Source: a virus (Duplodnaviria > Caudoviricetes). From it: a stretch of 62,017 nucleotides of DNA. The stretch lies in IMG/VR virus record IMGVR_UViG_3300037242_000178, positions 1-62,017 of that record; one strand, 5' to 3'. This document shows positions 28,874-38,795 of this stretch, piece after piece. The position numbers were made by a program, and so were the translations under genes. The notes beneath the pieces are model-generated. The model saw nothing but the letters and a program-made list of their open reading frames with translations. It did not search any database and was not told where the DNA came from. The first letter of the stretch is position 1; each line of letters begins with the position of its first letter.

Positions 28874-29368
28874 TCATTTGCGCCCGAATCCGTTGAACCC
28901 ACCGAAGGGATAGCCGCCCTGCCATGGGTTCGGCACGTTGCGCGGGCCGGGGACATACCGCATTGTTCGATATTTTGTTGTTGCAGCCCAGAACGCTGCG
29001 CCATACTTTGTCTGCTGATACCATTGCGGCGTACCTGGCGGAAATTGGTTGTCGGTGTTGACTGTCACGCTGCCTTCGGTCGCTGTCGCAATGCGCCCGA
29101 CGAGCGGCGAAGATGGCGTTACTTGTCCATTGACAGGATTTGCTAACGGCGCATTCAACGCAGCGATATGTGCCGTTAGCTGGTTCAAAAATGTAGCTCT
29201 CGCAAATGCAGGAGGGCAATTGTCGATAATGCTTGTGCAGGTGTTATCGCAATAAAGCTGCGCTTCCATAAAAAACATGCCAGCTTGCACAGAATTGACG
29301 GACGCGGCCAATTCAGGGTACCGCGCACTCCAATTTTGATACGAAAACACCACCGGCTGGCTTTGCAT
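28874..29368 (-). CDS. Head-tail adaptor (DUF4054-like)
   Basis: VGRIATATEGSV and WYQQTKYGAAFW motifs. Confidence 0.85.
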   Translation of the reverse strand: MQSQPVVFSYQNWSARYPELAASVNSVQAGMFFMEAQLYCDNTCTSIIDNCPPAFARATFLNQLTAHIAALNAPLANPVNGQVTPSSPLVGRIATATEGSVTVNTDNQFPPGTPQWYQQTKYGAAFWAATTKYRTMRYVPGPRNVPNPWQGGYPFGGFNGFGRK

Positions 29369-29370
29369 AA

Positions 29371-29874
29371 TCAGTCCGCAGCGTTCCCGGTGTAAGGCGC
29401 AAAGCCGTGGCGATGCGTGTCGGCTGGGTTGCAGCGTTCAAGGCCGGACTTGACATCTTTCATTTCATTGGTCTGCGAAATCGCGCTTGCGACGTCATCG
29501 CGCGCAAAAATCATACCATTCGCGATGAATTCCGCCTCTTTGTTTTGTTCCAGCCACTCATCCCAAAATGCTTTTGGCACGCCATGCGTAATCGCATAGC
29601 CATTAGCCAATTGTTGATGCGGGCCTTTATTTTGCGCCCAGGAAGCGCCGTCGATTGTTACGGGTTTCGCGGATATCCGCTTCATCGACTCTTTCACGCG
29701 GCGCACGCCACCACCAAGCACAGGTTGATCGTATTCGCGCCAGTCGTGCAATTGCAGAATGAACGGGAAAGGAAACTTACTCGCGATTGTTACCGTTGCG
29801 CCGCCAGTAAGTTTGCTGTTGTCGGTCGCCTTCAAATTGTCCAGCGTCCGCAGACCTAATGTTTCTCTACTCAT
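29371..29874 (-). CDS. Conserved protein downstream of the major capsid gene
   Basis: GYAIT...FWDEWL and KSGLE motifs; synteny. Confidence 0.7.
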   Translation of the reverse strand: MSRETLGLRTLDNLKATDNSKLTGGATVTIASKFPFPFILQLHDWREYDQPVLGGGVRRVKESMKRISAKPVTIDGASWAQNKGPHQQLANGYAITHGVPKAFWDEWLEQNKEAEFIANGMIFARDDVASAISQTNEMKDVKSGLERCNPADTHRHGFAPYTGNAAD

Positions 29875-29932
29875 TTTGATGCCCCTTGTGATTTCAACTA
29901 CGATTAAAGCTGCTTTAATGTTTCCTAAACCC

Positions 29933-31045
29933 CTACAAACCTACCATCGTAGCCATTGCCCATGGCTGGCGAAGCAAAAAGCCTGCCGAACCACAAATCA
30001 TTTTTTGCTTAAACGACGAAGAATTTACAATGACAGGGCCGGATTTTAGTTTGGTATTGAACACGCAATACCCTGACTTTTGACCAGCCGCTTCTGGGCA
30101 CCATAATTGCATCACTTCACCAAGCGCGCTGCCTTGGTTATTTTGTGCGGTCACAGCACCGTATTGAATGGCTGTTTTCACTTCCAAGTTCGGAAAATTC
30201 TTTTTCAGCAAATCCGAAACGTTAACGTTGAACGTGTTCGTCGCGGTCATAGCGCCTTCTCTAGCAGGCGACAAAGCCAATATAAACTTCGATTTCAAAT
30301 TAATCTGACCGTCCGATTGATTAATCGATTGAATGACGAGGGATTGAATATCCGTAAAAATTTCATTCGCGGTCGCGGTAACGGTCGTCCCCGACATCCA
30401 CGCAATGCCTCCAGCCGCCTTTGGAGCAGGAGCGATTGCAGCAGGCAAGTTAGGGTCGTTCAATGCTCCGTAGTTGTTCAATCCAGCCACACCCTTAAAG
30501 TATGTCAGGTTGGTGAAGTTGTCGAGTCCGAAAATGGCTGCGGCTTTTTGTTCCGCGACGAACCCGATTTTTGCCAAGCCCATGCGTTCAATTTCCAGAT
30601 TGCCATAGCGAGCCATCGTTTGAAAAAGGAACGGTTGACGTTCTGGGAAGTTGGCGTTGATGCCGCTCGTTCCGCCTTCGTCGTAATCGCCGTACGCTTT
30701 TGTTTCATATGTCCGTTCAACGACACTGAAAATCAACGTTGTCGATTCCCACGAGCCTTTTTGCTGTTCGCCGAAAATATCGGCGGCTTCCAGTTTCGCG
30801 GTCAACACTCGAAGCAAATCGGGATCGAGATAATACGTTAGCCACGCAGGAACGCCAGACGACGGTGTAGAAACCAGCTGCGGCTGCGCGTCGAATGCAA
30901 GCCTGTAGTCATCGCGATATTCCGGGCGCAAAAATCTTTCTGCGCCCGTGTCGATACCAAAGACGCGCTTGTGTTCCGCAATTGCGGCGCGCTGCCATTC
31001 AGGCGATTGGTCGTAAACCGGTTTTGCGGAATCAAATGCAAGCAT
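29933..31045 (-). CDS. Major capsid protein (DUF2184-like)
   Basis: YGDY, NYGALNDPNLP and LLKKNFPNL motifs. Confidence 0.88.
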   Translation of the reverse strand: MLAFDSAKPVYDQSPEWQRAAIAEHKRVFGIDTGAERFLRPEYRDDYRLAFDAQPQLVSTPSSGVPAWLTYYLDPDLLRVLTAKLEAADIFGEQQKGSWESTTLIFSVVERTYETKAYGDYDEGGTSGINANFPERQPFLFQTMARYGNLEIERMGLAKIGFVAEQKAAAIFGLDNFTNLTYFKGVAGLNNYGALNDPNLPAAIAPAPKAAGGIAWMSGTTVTATANEIFTDIQSLVIQSINQSDGQINLKSKFILALSPAREGAMTATNTFNVNVSDLLKKNFPNLEVKTAIQYGAVTAQNNQGSALGEVMQLWCPEAAGQKSGYCVFNTKLKSGPVIVNSSSFKQKMICGSAGFLLRQPWAMATMVGL

Positions 31046-31076
31046 GATAATGTCCTTTTTAAGTAAGTTTAATTGA

Positions 31077-32297
31077 TTAGCCGTTGAGATAACTTGTCAT
31101 CTTGACAAGTTCACCCGGCGCACCGATTGAACTTGCAACCCATTTCGTTTCGACGCCAATATCGACAGTGACTGTTCCCGACGCGAACGTGTACGATTGC
31201 GACACAAGATATGTTCCTGCGCCGCCAAGACCGGTCAAGTTCGGGTTCGTCGCGCCCGTCGCCAAAATGTACGAATACGGCGCAGCCGAAGGGATGTTTG
31301 CGCCGCCAGTCAGCTGGTCGTTTATCGCCCACGTCCCCGTCGAAGAAGAATCGACCGTTAGCAGCGAGGTATTAGTCGATGTGATCGTTCCGGCAGTGAC
31401 AGCCGTTGCGGCAGGCTGATTAAGCAGGTAAGTGCCGGCGCCGCCCGCAGTTGCCGATATCAACGCTGTAATCGTTGTCCCGGCAGTCAACGAACCGCTT
31501 GCGGCTACGGATAATGCATTCCCGACAGCGAAGATGCCGGAAGTGTTTGCGCCGGTTAGCGTCATGCAGCCGCCCGAAGCCGTGATCGTGCCGGAAGCGA
31601 CGTTTTGCGAAATATTGACGGTATAGACACCGACGCCGCCGTTTGTGCCGCTGACAAAACCGGTAATCGTCGTGTTCGGATCGACAGGATTCGCTGTAGG
31701 CCCGCCGGAAATCACTTGGCCTGCGCCAAGTACCGTGCCGGAAGCGATTGCCGTGACAGTCAATGTCTGCCCTGCAATCGAACCAGTGAACGAAGGGCCT
31801 GTTGCCGGGATTGCTGCGCCGGTTGATGCGGAAATATTCTTAACGACAGTCGCGGAAGTCGCGGAGCCGGAAGTCGGAGGCGAACCGGTAACGCCGAACG
31901 AAATCTGTCCGGTAGAATTGTTCGCATAGGCTTTGTTGCCAATGGCGCTAGTCGTCGTTCCGCTGTTAAGCACCCAGAAACCACCGGCATTAAATATTTC
32001 GCACGGGGAACCTGGATAAGCTGTCATCACAGCATACGCGAGGTAATTCGTAATGATGCCTTGTTGATTGCGGCGGAAAAATCCGGTAGGCAATCCCGGG
32101 CCAAAACTGTTTAGAAACGTGTTTGTGGGATCGGCCCAAGCAAAGCACCCGACAGACAGCCCGTTAGGCCCGGCAACGAACGCGCCTTGACCTGCATCGA
32201 CGGTGGACGCGACGTTAGCCGCCGTGCCGTCGCAAAAATCGCCTAGAACTGCTGGCGCGCCCTGGGTGTTCACTAAACGTGGAAAATCTCCGAACAT
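31077..32297 (-). CDS. Head decoration/cement protein expanded with inserted beta domains
   Basis: Core GDF...GCFAW...GGFWV and C-terminal ETKW...GELVKM; lies between protease and capsid genes. Confidence 0.75.
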   Translation of the reverse strand: MFGDFPRLVNTQGAPAVLGDFCDGTAANVASTVDAGQGAFVAGPNGLSVGCFAWADPTNTFLNSFGPGLPTGFFRRNQQGIITNYLAYAVMTAYPGSPCEIFNAGGFWVLNSGTTTSAIGNKAYANNSTGQISFGVTGSPPTSGSATSATVVKNISASTGAAIPATGPSFTGSIAGQTLTVTAIASGTVLGAGQVISGGPTANPVDPNTTITGFVSGTNGGVGVYTVNISQNVASGTITASGGCMTLTGANTSGIFAVGNALSVAASGSLTAGTTITALISATAGGAGTYLLNQPAATAVTAGTITSTNTSLLTVDSSSTGTWAINDQLTGGANIPSAAPYSYILATGATNPNLTGLGGAGTYLVSQSYTFASGTVTVDIGVETKWVASSIGAPGELVKMTSYLNG

Positions 32298-32325
32298 GGT
32301 ATTACTCCTTAAGATTTGAGAACGA

Positions 32326-35300
32326 TTATTTGACTAGACGGAGAAGTTCGGGAAACGCCTTTTCCATGCCATCGCCTTGCGGCTGCGCGTCTTGCGCAAT
32401 GCGCGATTTATGCGCTTCGCCCGGCTTCTGTTGCGCGGCTAAAACAGATTTATAGGCGCTCGGGTGCAAATCCTTAATATCGATTTTCATCGCTTCAAGC
32501 GCGGCTTTATAAACCGCTTCGGCACTATCCATGGCAACAAGCTTGCCGACGTAAGGCTTGATGAACTCTTCGGCTTCAACGATAGCGCGCATATTCGCCA
32601 TAACCTTCGCTTCGGTTTTCTTTTCCGTCGCATCGCAAGCAAGTTGAATCGCTTTATCCATGGCTTTCTTCATTTCTTTCGCATCCATCATATCTTCCTT
32701 ATTCTCTTTGTCATCCATGCCTTTTGCAGCGTCCTTGTCCTTCTTACCGCCAGGATTCGCAGTTGCCGCGCCCGGGGTCTGTGTCGGTTCGTCCTTCGCT
32801 TTCGCTTTTTCGACCGGCTTGGCGGATAGCATGCTTTCAATCTGCATTAAATCTTCGTCAGAGATTTTCCCACGAAGCATGCCAAGGATACTTTCGCACT
32901 TTGGGCCGGGATCGTCCATCGCTACATTGTCATCGTCAGGCTTTTCAGAATCAAGTTTGTCCAGTAGCGCGACGATATCTTTCAAATCGGCATCCGCCGC
33001 CAAATGCGGCTTGACAGCGGCAATAATCCCCGGCTTCTTTTCAAGCCAGTTTTTCCGCTTGACGCCTTCAAGGATTTTATTTAAGTCGATCTGCGAGTCC
33101 GCAGCCAACATCTTTGGGGTAAGCACTGCGAGCAAAGCTCCGTGCGCGAGAACCGCCTTTTTACTTAGCTTGCTCATAGTTAAAACTCCTGGGTTGAAAT
33201 TGATTTTACTGTCGCTTGCCACTCTAACATCATGTCCAGCACGCCCAACTTGCACCAAAGCAATATGGTTAAACTTAATGTCGCGCATCACGCCATCGTA
33301 ATGACTGCCGTCCGGCGAAACGCCTGGAGTCATGTCGGGGCGGTAATAATATGCGCAACTGATTTCCTGCTGCCGACCGGTTTCTACACCGCAGATTGCG
33401 TCTTTCGTCCAAATTACTAACGATTGATCCAGGTACGGCGCGTTGAACACTGCGTCCGTGCCTGTCGCTCCGACGATCGAATCCGGCTTGTGATCTGTCA
33501 CATCAACCGCAACATGGTCGTTCAACAGAGGGATGTTATTCGCCGTTGACGCGCCCTTTTTCAATTCTTCCGGGTCACGATAGAGCAAATACACTTTATC
33601 GGCTTGCAATCCCAGTTTTTGATAATCCGGGATTTCTGCTCCTGCATATTGGCAGACGTTCGCTTTGCTGATATGCGTCAAAGCGATATGCATCCGCCCA
33701 TCTTGGTCTACTGTTCTGACAGAGGCTTTATCGAAGGTTAGGGAATCGTTGGCGCGAGGGTGATCCGACTCTTTAAAATCGGAATCCTGCGCATTCTCCC
33801 GATTCATGACAGCGATTTGATCTTGCGTGTATCCGCAATAAAATCCTGCGTCTTCTCCCAAGGCGGAATCGAATTCGACCTCAGCGGCAGAAGCCGGTTC
33901 ATAGCGCGGGGCATGCCTCCTATGAAAATCAGCCCACAACTCGCCTTCATGACCCAACAACTCGTGTCCCCATATCGACGGATCGTTTTCATCAATCCGT
34001 CCAGTTGTCGGCATTTGCCTTTTCACAGTTGCCGATTGATTCTGCGCTCCAGAAACAGCCTTAGTCTGAGGAGATGCGGCATTCGACGAATACTTTTCCA
34101 ATTCTTTCGGCAATTCCCCTCCAGAGTGATACCACTTCTTTTTGTCTGCGTCCCATCTTGCGCCATGCTTCTTCGCATGGTCTTTGTCGTCGTATTTCAC
34201 ATTCAAGTACGTCCTTTGCACAGCTTCTTTTTGTTTTCTCTCTTGACGCTCATGTGTCCCGAAATTTAATTTGTCAGCCAACCATGGAGCCATCGATTTT
34301 ATTTCGTATCCATGCGCTTTCGACGCGCTTTTTGGAATCCACAGCACGTCCTTTTCTCCCTGACCGGGATTTTCAACTCCATACGCAGCGTCGGTTTCTT
34401 TTATTATTTTCTTCGGGACAGTCAAGGTTTCATGCTCAGTCGGCTTTTCAAAAGGCTTCGCCAGAGATTTTTCTCTTTCTTCCTGCCTTGCAGCAGCCGC
34501 TTCAGATTTCCGTTTCGCTTCTTCAGATTTCCGTTTCGCTTCGATTTCCGCCCTTTTTATCGCGGCTTGTCGATAAGGCTCCGCCCTCTTTTCTCTTTCT
34601 GTTCTTGCACGCTCTTTTGCTTCTTCTGCGTTTTTCTGAACGACCTCTTCATGTTCTTTTAGAAGATGGTCGAACTTTCCGCTTTTAACTTGTTCTTTCC
34701 ATTGAGAGCGCGAGCCTTCGCCTTTCGGGCCATGCTTTTTGTACAAATCCTCGTTCTTCTGAATGCTTTTCCTTTGCTCGTCGGAAAGCTCTCCTTTAAA
34801 TTCTGACGTTTCCAAGTCATTAAACGCAGTCTTTAAATCGATTTTTTTAGACGGTTGCTCACTTGCTTTCGGCGAATACCCCAAAAGTTTTGTTACATCC
34901 TTGCTTTTGCTTTTCGGGGAAAGTTTCTTTCCGTTTAAGCTCCCGCCAGCGCCGCCAATCACTTCACCCTCGCCGTTCAGCAACAAATGCGTACCGGTTT
35001 GGGACGTTATCCAATGCTGTGAAGCATCCTTCGCCATCTTCCCCATAGCTGCGTCAACCACTTCTCGCATGCCGTGGTGCATCGGCTCAGGAGCATCTAC
35101 CAACTTGCGCCAAACGAATGCCGTATGCTCCGATTTATCGATTTTCGGCGTAAATTTATGACGAACAAACATGCGGTAGGTAATGAAATCCACATCGCTG
35201 CCGCTATCGTCTTTACTAGACGTGTCGGCTAGCTGTTCTAGCTCGCCATACGGCATTGCGCCGATCTCTTCTCGCGTTTCGCGCTTGGCGGTTTCTTCCG

Positions 35301-35445
35301 GCGTTTCGTCTTCGTCAGCTCTGCCGCCTGGAAAATCCCATTCGTTCGGATGATTCGCGTCGGGAGAGCGCAATAGGAATAGCGCCTCTCCTTCAGGCGT
35401 GACCAGCATTATTCCTGCGCCTTTGATTTTTTCGTCAACTGACAT
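32326..35445 (-). CDS. Polyprotein: Nudix hydrolase, cargo domains (incl. DUF5710-like) and DUF2213-like prohead protease/scaffold
   Basis: Nudix box GGRADEDETPEETAKRETREEIG; YLNVKYDDKDHAKKHGARWD; ISKANV...EISCAY...NHIALVQVGRAG. Confidence 0.85.
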   Translation of the reverse strand: MSVDEKIKGAGIMLVTPEGEALFLLRSPDANHPNEWDFPGGRADEDETPEETAKRETREEIGAMPYGELEQLADTSSKDDSGSDVDFITYRMFVRHKFTPKIDKSEHTAFVWRKLVDAPEPMHHGMREVVDAAMGKMAKDASQHWITSQTGTHLLLNGEGEVIGGAGGSLNGKKLSPKSKSKDVTKLLGYSPKASEQPSKKIDLKTAFNDLETSEFKGELSDEQRKSIQKNEDLYKKHGPKGEGSRSQWKEQVKSGKFDHLLKEHEEVVQKNAEEAKERARTEREKRAEPYRQAAIKRAEIEAKRKSEEAKRKSEAAAARQEEREKSLAKPFEKPTEHETLTVPKKIIKETDAAYGVENPGQGEKDVLWIPKSASKAHGYEIKSMAPWLADKLNFGTHERQERKQKEAVQRTYLNVKYDDKDHAKKHGARWDADKKKWYHSGGELPKELEKYSSNAASPQTKAVSGAQNQSATVKRQMPTTGRIDENDPSIWGHELLGHEGELWADFHRRHAPRYEPASAAEVEFDSALGEDAGFYCGYTQDQIAVMNRENAQDSDFKESDHPRANDSLTFDKASVRTVDQDGRMHIALTHISKANVCQYAGAEIPDYQKLGLQADKVYLLYRDPEELKKGASTANNIPLLNDHVAVDVTDHKPDSIVGATGTDAVFNAPYLDQSLVIWTKDAICGVETGRQQEISCAYYYRPDMTPGVSPDGSHYDGVMRDIKFNHIALVQVGRAGHDVRVASDSKINFNPGVLTMSKLSKKAVLAHGALLAVLTPKMLAADSQIDLNKILEGVKRKNWLEKKPGIIAAVKPHLAADADLKDIVALLDKLDSEKPDDDNVAMDDPGPKCESILGMLRGKISDEDLMQIESMLSAKPVEKAKAKDEPTQTPGAATANPGGKKDKDAAKGMDDKENKEDMMDAKEMKKAMDKAIQLACDATEKKTEAKVMANMRAIVEAEEFIKPYVGKLVAMDSAEAVYKAALEAMKIDIKDLHPSAYKSVLAAQQKPGEAHKSRIAQDAQPQGDGMEKAFPELLRLVK

Positions 35446-35447
35446 GA

Positions 35448-35460
35448 TAAAGTGACTTTA
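35448..35460. promoter_or_regulatory. Palindrome TAAAGTNACTTTA
   Basis: TAAAGTGACTTTA, 2 bp upstream of the polyprotein ATG. Confidence 0.6.
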
Positions 35461-35464
35461 CAAA

Positions 35465-35779
35465 TTACCGCAAACACAAAACTGCGCTAGCTACAATCAG
35501 CGCGCACAAAACCAATATCCCGGAAATAAGCAACATGTCGCGGGCAAACATCGGCACAGGCTTGCGCATATAGTAATGATAATGTCGCACTCCATTTTCT
35601 TGCGACGATAACGAAAGTTGCGCGCCTTCCTCTGCGCAAGCAACCAGCTCTTCAGATTGCATCAGCAGCGGCTTTTTATAAAACCAACCTCCATCGTCCG
35701 CAAGCCAAATGGTTTTCGGAAAGACGACCGGCGGCGCGCCTTCCGGTTTCGTTATCAGCTGCACTATTTGAGCGGTCAT
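35465..35779 (-). CDS. Hypothetical protein with C-terminal TM
   Basis: In-frame ATG after the previous stop; hydrophobic C-terminus. Confidence 0.55.
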   Translation of the reverse strand: MTAQIVQLITKPEGAPPVVFPKTIWLADDGGWFYKKPLLMQSEELVACAEEGAQLSLSSQENGVRHYHYYMRKPVPMFARDMLLISGILVLCALIVASAVLCLR

Positions 35780-35780
35780 G

Positions 35781-36059
35781 TTAAAACGTCCCCTGGTTGA
35801 CCAAAAATTGCCCGACTGCCGATGCCTGAACGGTGCCTGTTGCCAGCCATTCGTACTGGAACAATCCAATCTGATCGGCAAGTACAGCGCAAGTGTAATT
35901 CCCTGTTGACGGATTTAAAATTGCAGAAGAGTAATCCGTCACGACGCCGCTAGGCGATTTCACCCTAAAAGCCAAATTCTGCGCATCAATCAGTGCCCCG
36001 GTAGGCGTCGTTAAAGCGATGCTTACCTGAATCAATGTCCCTTGCGTATAGAAGTTCAT
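35781..36059 (-). CDS. Small beta-rich (BppU/Ig-like) virion protein
   Basis: VKSPSG...STGNY...YEW pattern. Confidence 0.6.
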   Translation of the reverse strand: MNFYTQGTLIQVSIALTTPTGALIDAQNLAFRVKSPSGVVTDYSSAILNPSTGNYTCAVLADQIGLFQYEWLATGTVQASAVGQFLVNQGTF

Positions 36060-37480
36060 GAGTTCTCATTTACGCGAATTCGAAAAGCTTTTTGATCTTT
36101 CGTTTTTACACTAAACGCGGAGGCATCCAACACAGTCATTCTTGCGATTATCGGGCCAACGAACGGTGAGTAGCCTGCGACTACGCAAGTGCCAGCTGCT
36201 GTGCCTGTTGAAACTGCCGTTGCGCTAATAAATCCACTGACCGCGCAAGTGCCAGCAGCGGTACCCGTTGAAACAAAAAACGAGCGTCCGGCTGCATTCA
36301 CCGCGCAAGTTCCAGCCGCTGTGCCTATTGAAACAGCAAATGCCGCGCCTATCGCTTCAACTACACAAGTTCCAGCCGCTGTGCCCGTTGAAATAGCAAA
36401 CGTGCCACTAAACCCGCTCACTACACAAGTGCCCGCGGCTGCGCCTGTTGAAGCCGCAAATGCAGCGCCTATCGCTTCGACTACGCAAGCGCCTGCCGCT
36501 GCACCTGTCGAGACTGCTGTCGCGCTGCTAAACCCGCTTACTACGCAAGCGCCTGTCGCTGCACCTGTCGAGATCGCAAACGCCGCGCCTATCGCTTCAA
36601 CCGCGCAAAAGCCATTTGCTGCGCCTGCCGAACTAAAAATCGAGTGTCCGACCCCGCTTACCGTACAAGTCCCGTCCGCGGTTCCCGTTGCGGTCGAAGC
36701 TCCTGACGATATAAAAAATCCAGGCAGCTGATTGCGAAAAACCTGCCACGGATTTTGAATCGTCGCGGTAAGCTGCAATATCTCTTGATCCGTCAACGCC
36801 TGGTTGAACATCAACACAACAGCCGCTTGATCTAGCCATTCTTGCGAGATCGACGGATAGCCTTGTGTCGCGCCTATAATGACGTTCGACGAACTAGGAC
36901 TGCTTGTTCCGGCGCTAGTGTCGGGAGATGTTCTTTCACCAAATGCAAACCATGAAATCAACCCGGTCCCAGGGTTATATCGGCAAGCGACCGGGGTGTC
37001 AACGTAGGACGCGATTGTTACATTCGATTCTTGATAGTCGGCAACGCCGAAAAACGTCAATTGTTGACTTGTAATGTTTCCTTCCGACCCGCCGCCTGCC
37101 GTAATTCCGCGTGACCATGCCCACCCGGAATTGGTGGCAGCTATCCTTGAGTAATCCCCGCTGCTGTAGTAGTCCTGCCCTGCCGCAGCCTTCCAAATCG
37201 AAATTAACGTCAGCCCGTTCGCAGTATCTATCGTGACGTCCGACAACGCTTGCGCGCTTCCCGCGTAAGATATTCCTGACTCGATAATGTTCTGTAGATA
37301 CGCGCCGTTATTCTGCCAACCTATCCCAGTAACTAAGTTGACGAAACCGACGCTCGGCAAAAAAGCTAATTGAAGCCCACGCGCCAACCAATGAGGATCA
37401 ATCTGTATCGGTTGCTGCGGTTGCCGCCCTTGATCTGCGGCAGGCCAAACGACGCTGGACAAATCATACGGCGTACTCAT
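36056..37480 (-). CDS. LamG/ConA-like domain plus 20-aa repeat stalk (putative appendage protein)
   Basis: FNQALTDQEI LamG-type end; STGxAAGTCxV repeats. Confidence 0.6.
   Translation of the reverse strand: MSTPYDLSSVVWPAADQGRQPQQPIQIDPHWLARGLQLAFLPSVGFVNLVTGIGWQNNGAYLQNIIESGISYAGSAQALSDVTIDTANGLTLISIWKAAAGQDYYSSGDYSRIAATNSGWAWSRGITAGGGSEGNITSQQLTFFGVADYQESNVTIASYVDTPVACRYNPGTGLISWFAFGERTSPDTSAGTSSPSSSNVIIGATQGYPSISQEWLDQAAVVLMFNQALTDQEILQLTATIQNPWQVFRNQLPGFFISSGASTATGTADGTCTVSGVGHSIFSSAGAANGFCAVEAIGAAFAISTGAATGACVVSGFSSATAVSTGAAAGACVVEAIGAAFAASTGAAAGTCVVSGFSGTFAISTGTAAGTCVVEAIGAAFAVSIGTAAGTCAVNAAGRSFFVSTGTAAGTCAVSGFISATAVSTGTAAGTCVVAGYSPFVGPIIARMTVLDASAFSVKTKDQKAFRIRVNENS
36180..36700. repeat. 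Degenerate 60-bp coding repeat, ~9 units
   Basis: CAAGTGCC/CAAGCGCC recurs every 60 bp. Confidence 0.8.
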
Positions 37481-37927
37481 TTACGTGCCAGGACTCCACG
37501 GTGTTGCGGTAAGCGTGCAGCCGGACGCGATTGTATATCCCGTCCCGTTGTTGTACAGCCAGTAATCGCAATCTGCGGAAAGTGGAACGGCATTAATTGT
37601 CATCGTCCACGTCGTCAAAACGTTGGACGTAGATGGAACAGGATTAAACGTTCCCGCCACACGACCCAACAGCGATGCGGAAGGCGTTGGGCCTTGCGTC
37701 CCGGACGGCGTGCGATCAACCGCAATCAATTGCACCGATCCCCCGGAAGGGGCCGTTCCAAATGTCGCGCCAGTCAAACAGAAATCGGCAAGCAAATATG
37801 CAGCGGAAAGCGCAGAAATTTCCAATCTCATCGCATCCGCGCTATTCGCGTAAGCATTGTTCGCAATCGCATTCGCGGTTGTCAACGTTACCGGCGTTCC
37901 AGAATCGCGAATCAGAGGCGTAGACAT
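37481..37927 (-). CDS. Hypothetical beta-rich virion protein
   Basis: Tightly packed in the appendage cluster. Confidence 0.6.
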   Translation of the reverse strand: MSTPLIRDSGTPVTLTTANAIANNAYANSADAMRLEISALSAAYLLADFCLTGATFGTAPSGGSVQLIAVDRTPSGTQGPTPSASLLGRVAGTFNPVPSTSNVLTTWTMTINAVPLSADCDYWLYNNGTGYTIASGCTLTATPWSPGT

Positions 37928-38356
37928 TTAATATCCGTTCGCGTTAAGAACATTCGACACGCGATTGTAACTGATCGAATCAGGCACCGTGCAAAGCGCT
38001 ATGATCGCTGCCGCTTGCGTCGAAGTCATTAGACCGTCGGTAACAAGCGCGGCTAATTGCGCTTGCGTTGCCGACAAAGATATGTCGAGAATGCCTTTGT
38101 TGAGCAACATAAGACCCCAATATAAAGGAGATGTGTTTGCCGACGCTGCCGATTCCATCGCACCAAGCACAACAGCGCCATCAACGGGATCCAGCGCTTG
38201 CAATACATTGCCAATGCCTATTCTCGTCGTCACCTGTTTAGTCAAGCCTACGCTTATTTGTGCCGCGATAGCAACATCGCCAATCGTTTCGCGAGTCTCC
38301 TTCGTCAATCCGGGATAAGCCGCCTGAATCAACGACAAAATCTGGGTGTCAGTCAT
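37928..38356 (-). CDS. Hypothetical protein
   Basis: Tightly packed in the appendage cluster. Confidence 0.6.
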   Translation of the reverse strand: MTDTQILSLIQAAYPGLTKETRETIGDVAIAAQISVGLTKQVTTRIGIGNVLQALDPVDGAVVLGAMESAASANTSPLYWGLMLLNKGILDISLSATQAQLAALVTDGLMTSTQAAAIIALCTVPDSISYNRVSNVLNANGY

Positions 38357-38357
38357 A

Positions 38358-38792
38358 TCAACTCTCAGACGCCATCGTAGCCGTCGTCAGCTGCGGAGTC
38401 ACGCCTGTAGAAATTGCAAGCGAAGGCGTAATCGGCCCCGCATACAAGAATTGCGTTGCGCCGGAAGCTGCAACGCCAATCGAAAAATAAGTTGCGGTAG
38501 TTGAGCCGCCTGTGCATGCGGGAAAAGAGATTGCCGCGACAGGTTCGACAGTGTTTGTCGAAACAGTCCAGCCGCCAGACGTTCGCGCAACAGCGACGCG
38601 GGCATAACTTGTATAGGCAACCTCGTTCGTCGATTGATTTCCGCTTGCCGTGGGGTCGGCAGTATGCAGCGCCACGTACAAATTTGTCAGCGGCGAAGAA
38701 GAAACGTTCTGAGCAATCGTCGCTAAAGTCGTTGCGTTGAATAATAGCGCAAGCAACCCGTTAGACCAATAACCGCTTTTTTCGCCAGCCAT
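38358..38792 (-). CDS. Conserved virion structural (fibre-associated) protein
   Basis: LYVALHTADP...NEVAYTSYARVAV...ISFP motif. Confidence 0.7.
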   Translation of the reverse strand: MAGEKSGYWSNGLLALLFNATTLATIAQNVSSSPLTNLYVALHTADPTASGNQSTNEVAYTSYARVAVARTSGGWTVSTNTVEPVAAISFPACTGGSTTATYFSIGVAASGATQFLYAGPITPSLAISTGVTPQLTTATMASES

Positions 38793-38795
38793 AAA

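Noticed and set aside
30107-34688. Long plus-strand ORFs opposite the capsid and protease genes
   Set aside because: Antisense to well-supported genes, with no recognisable motifs
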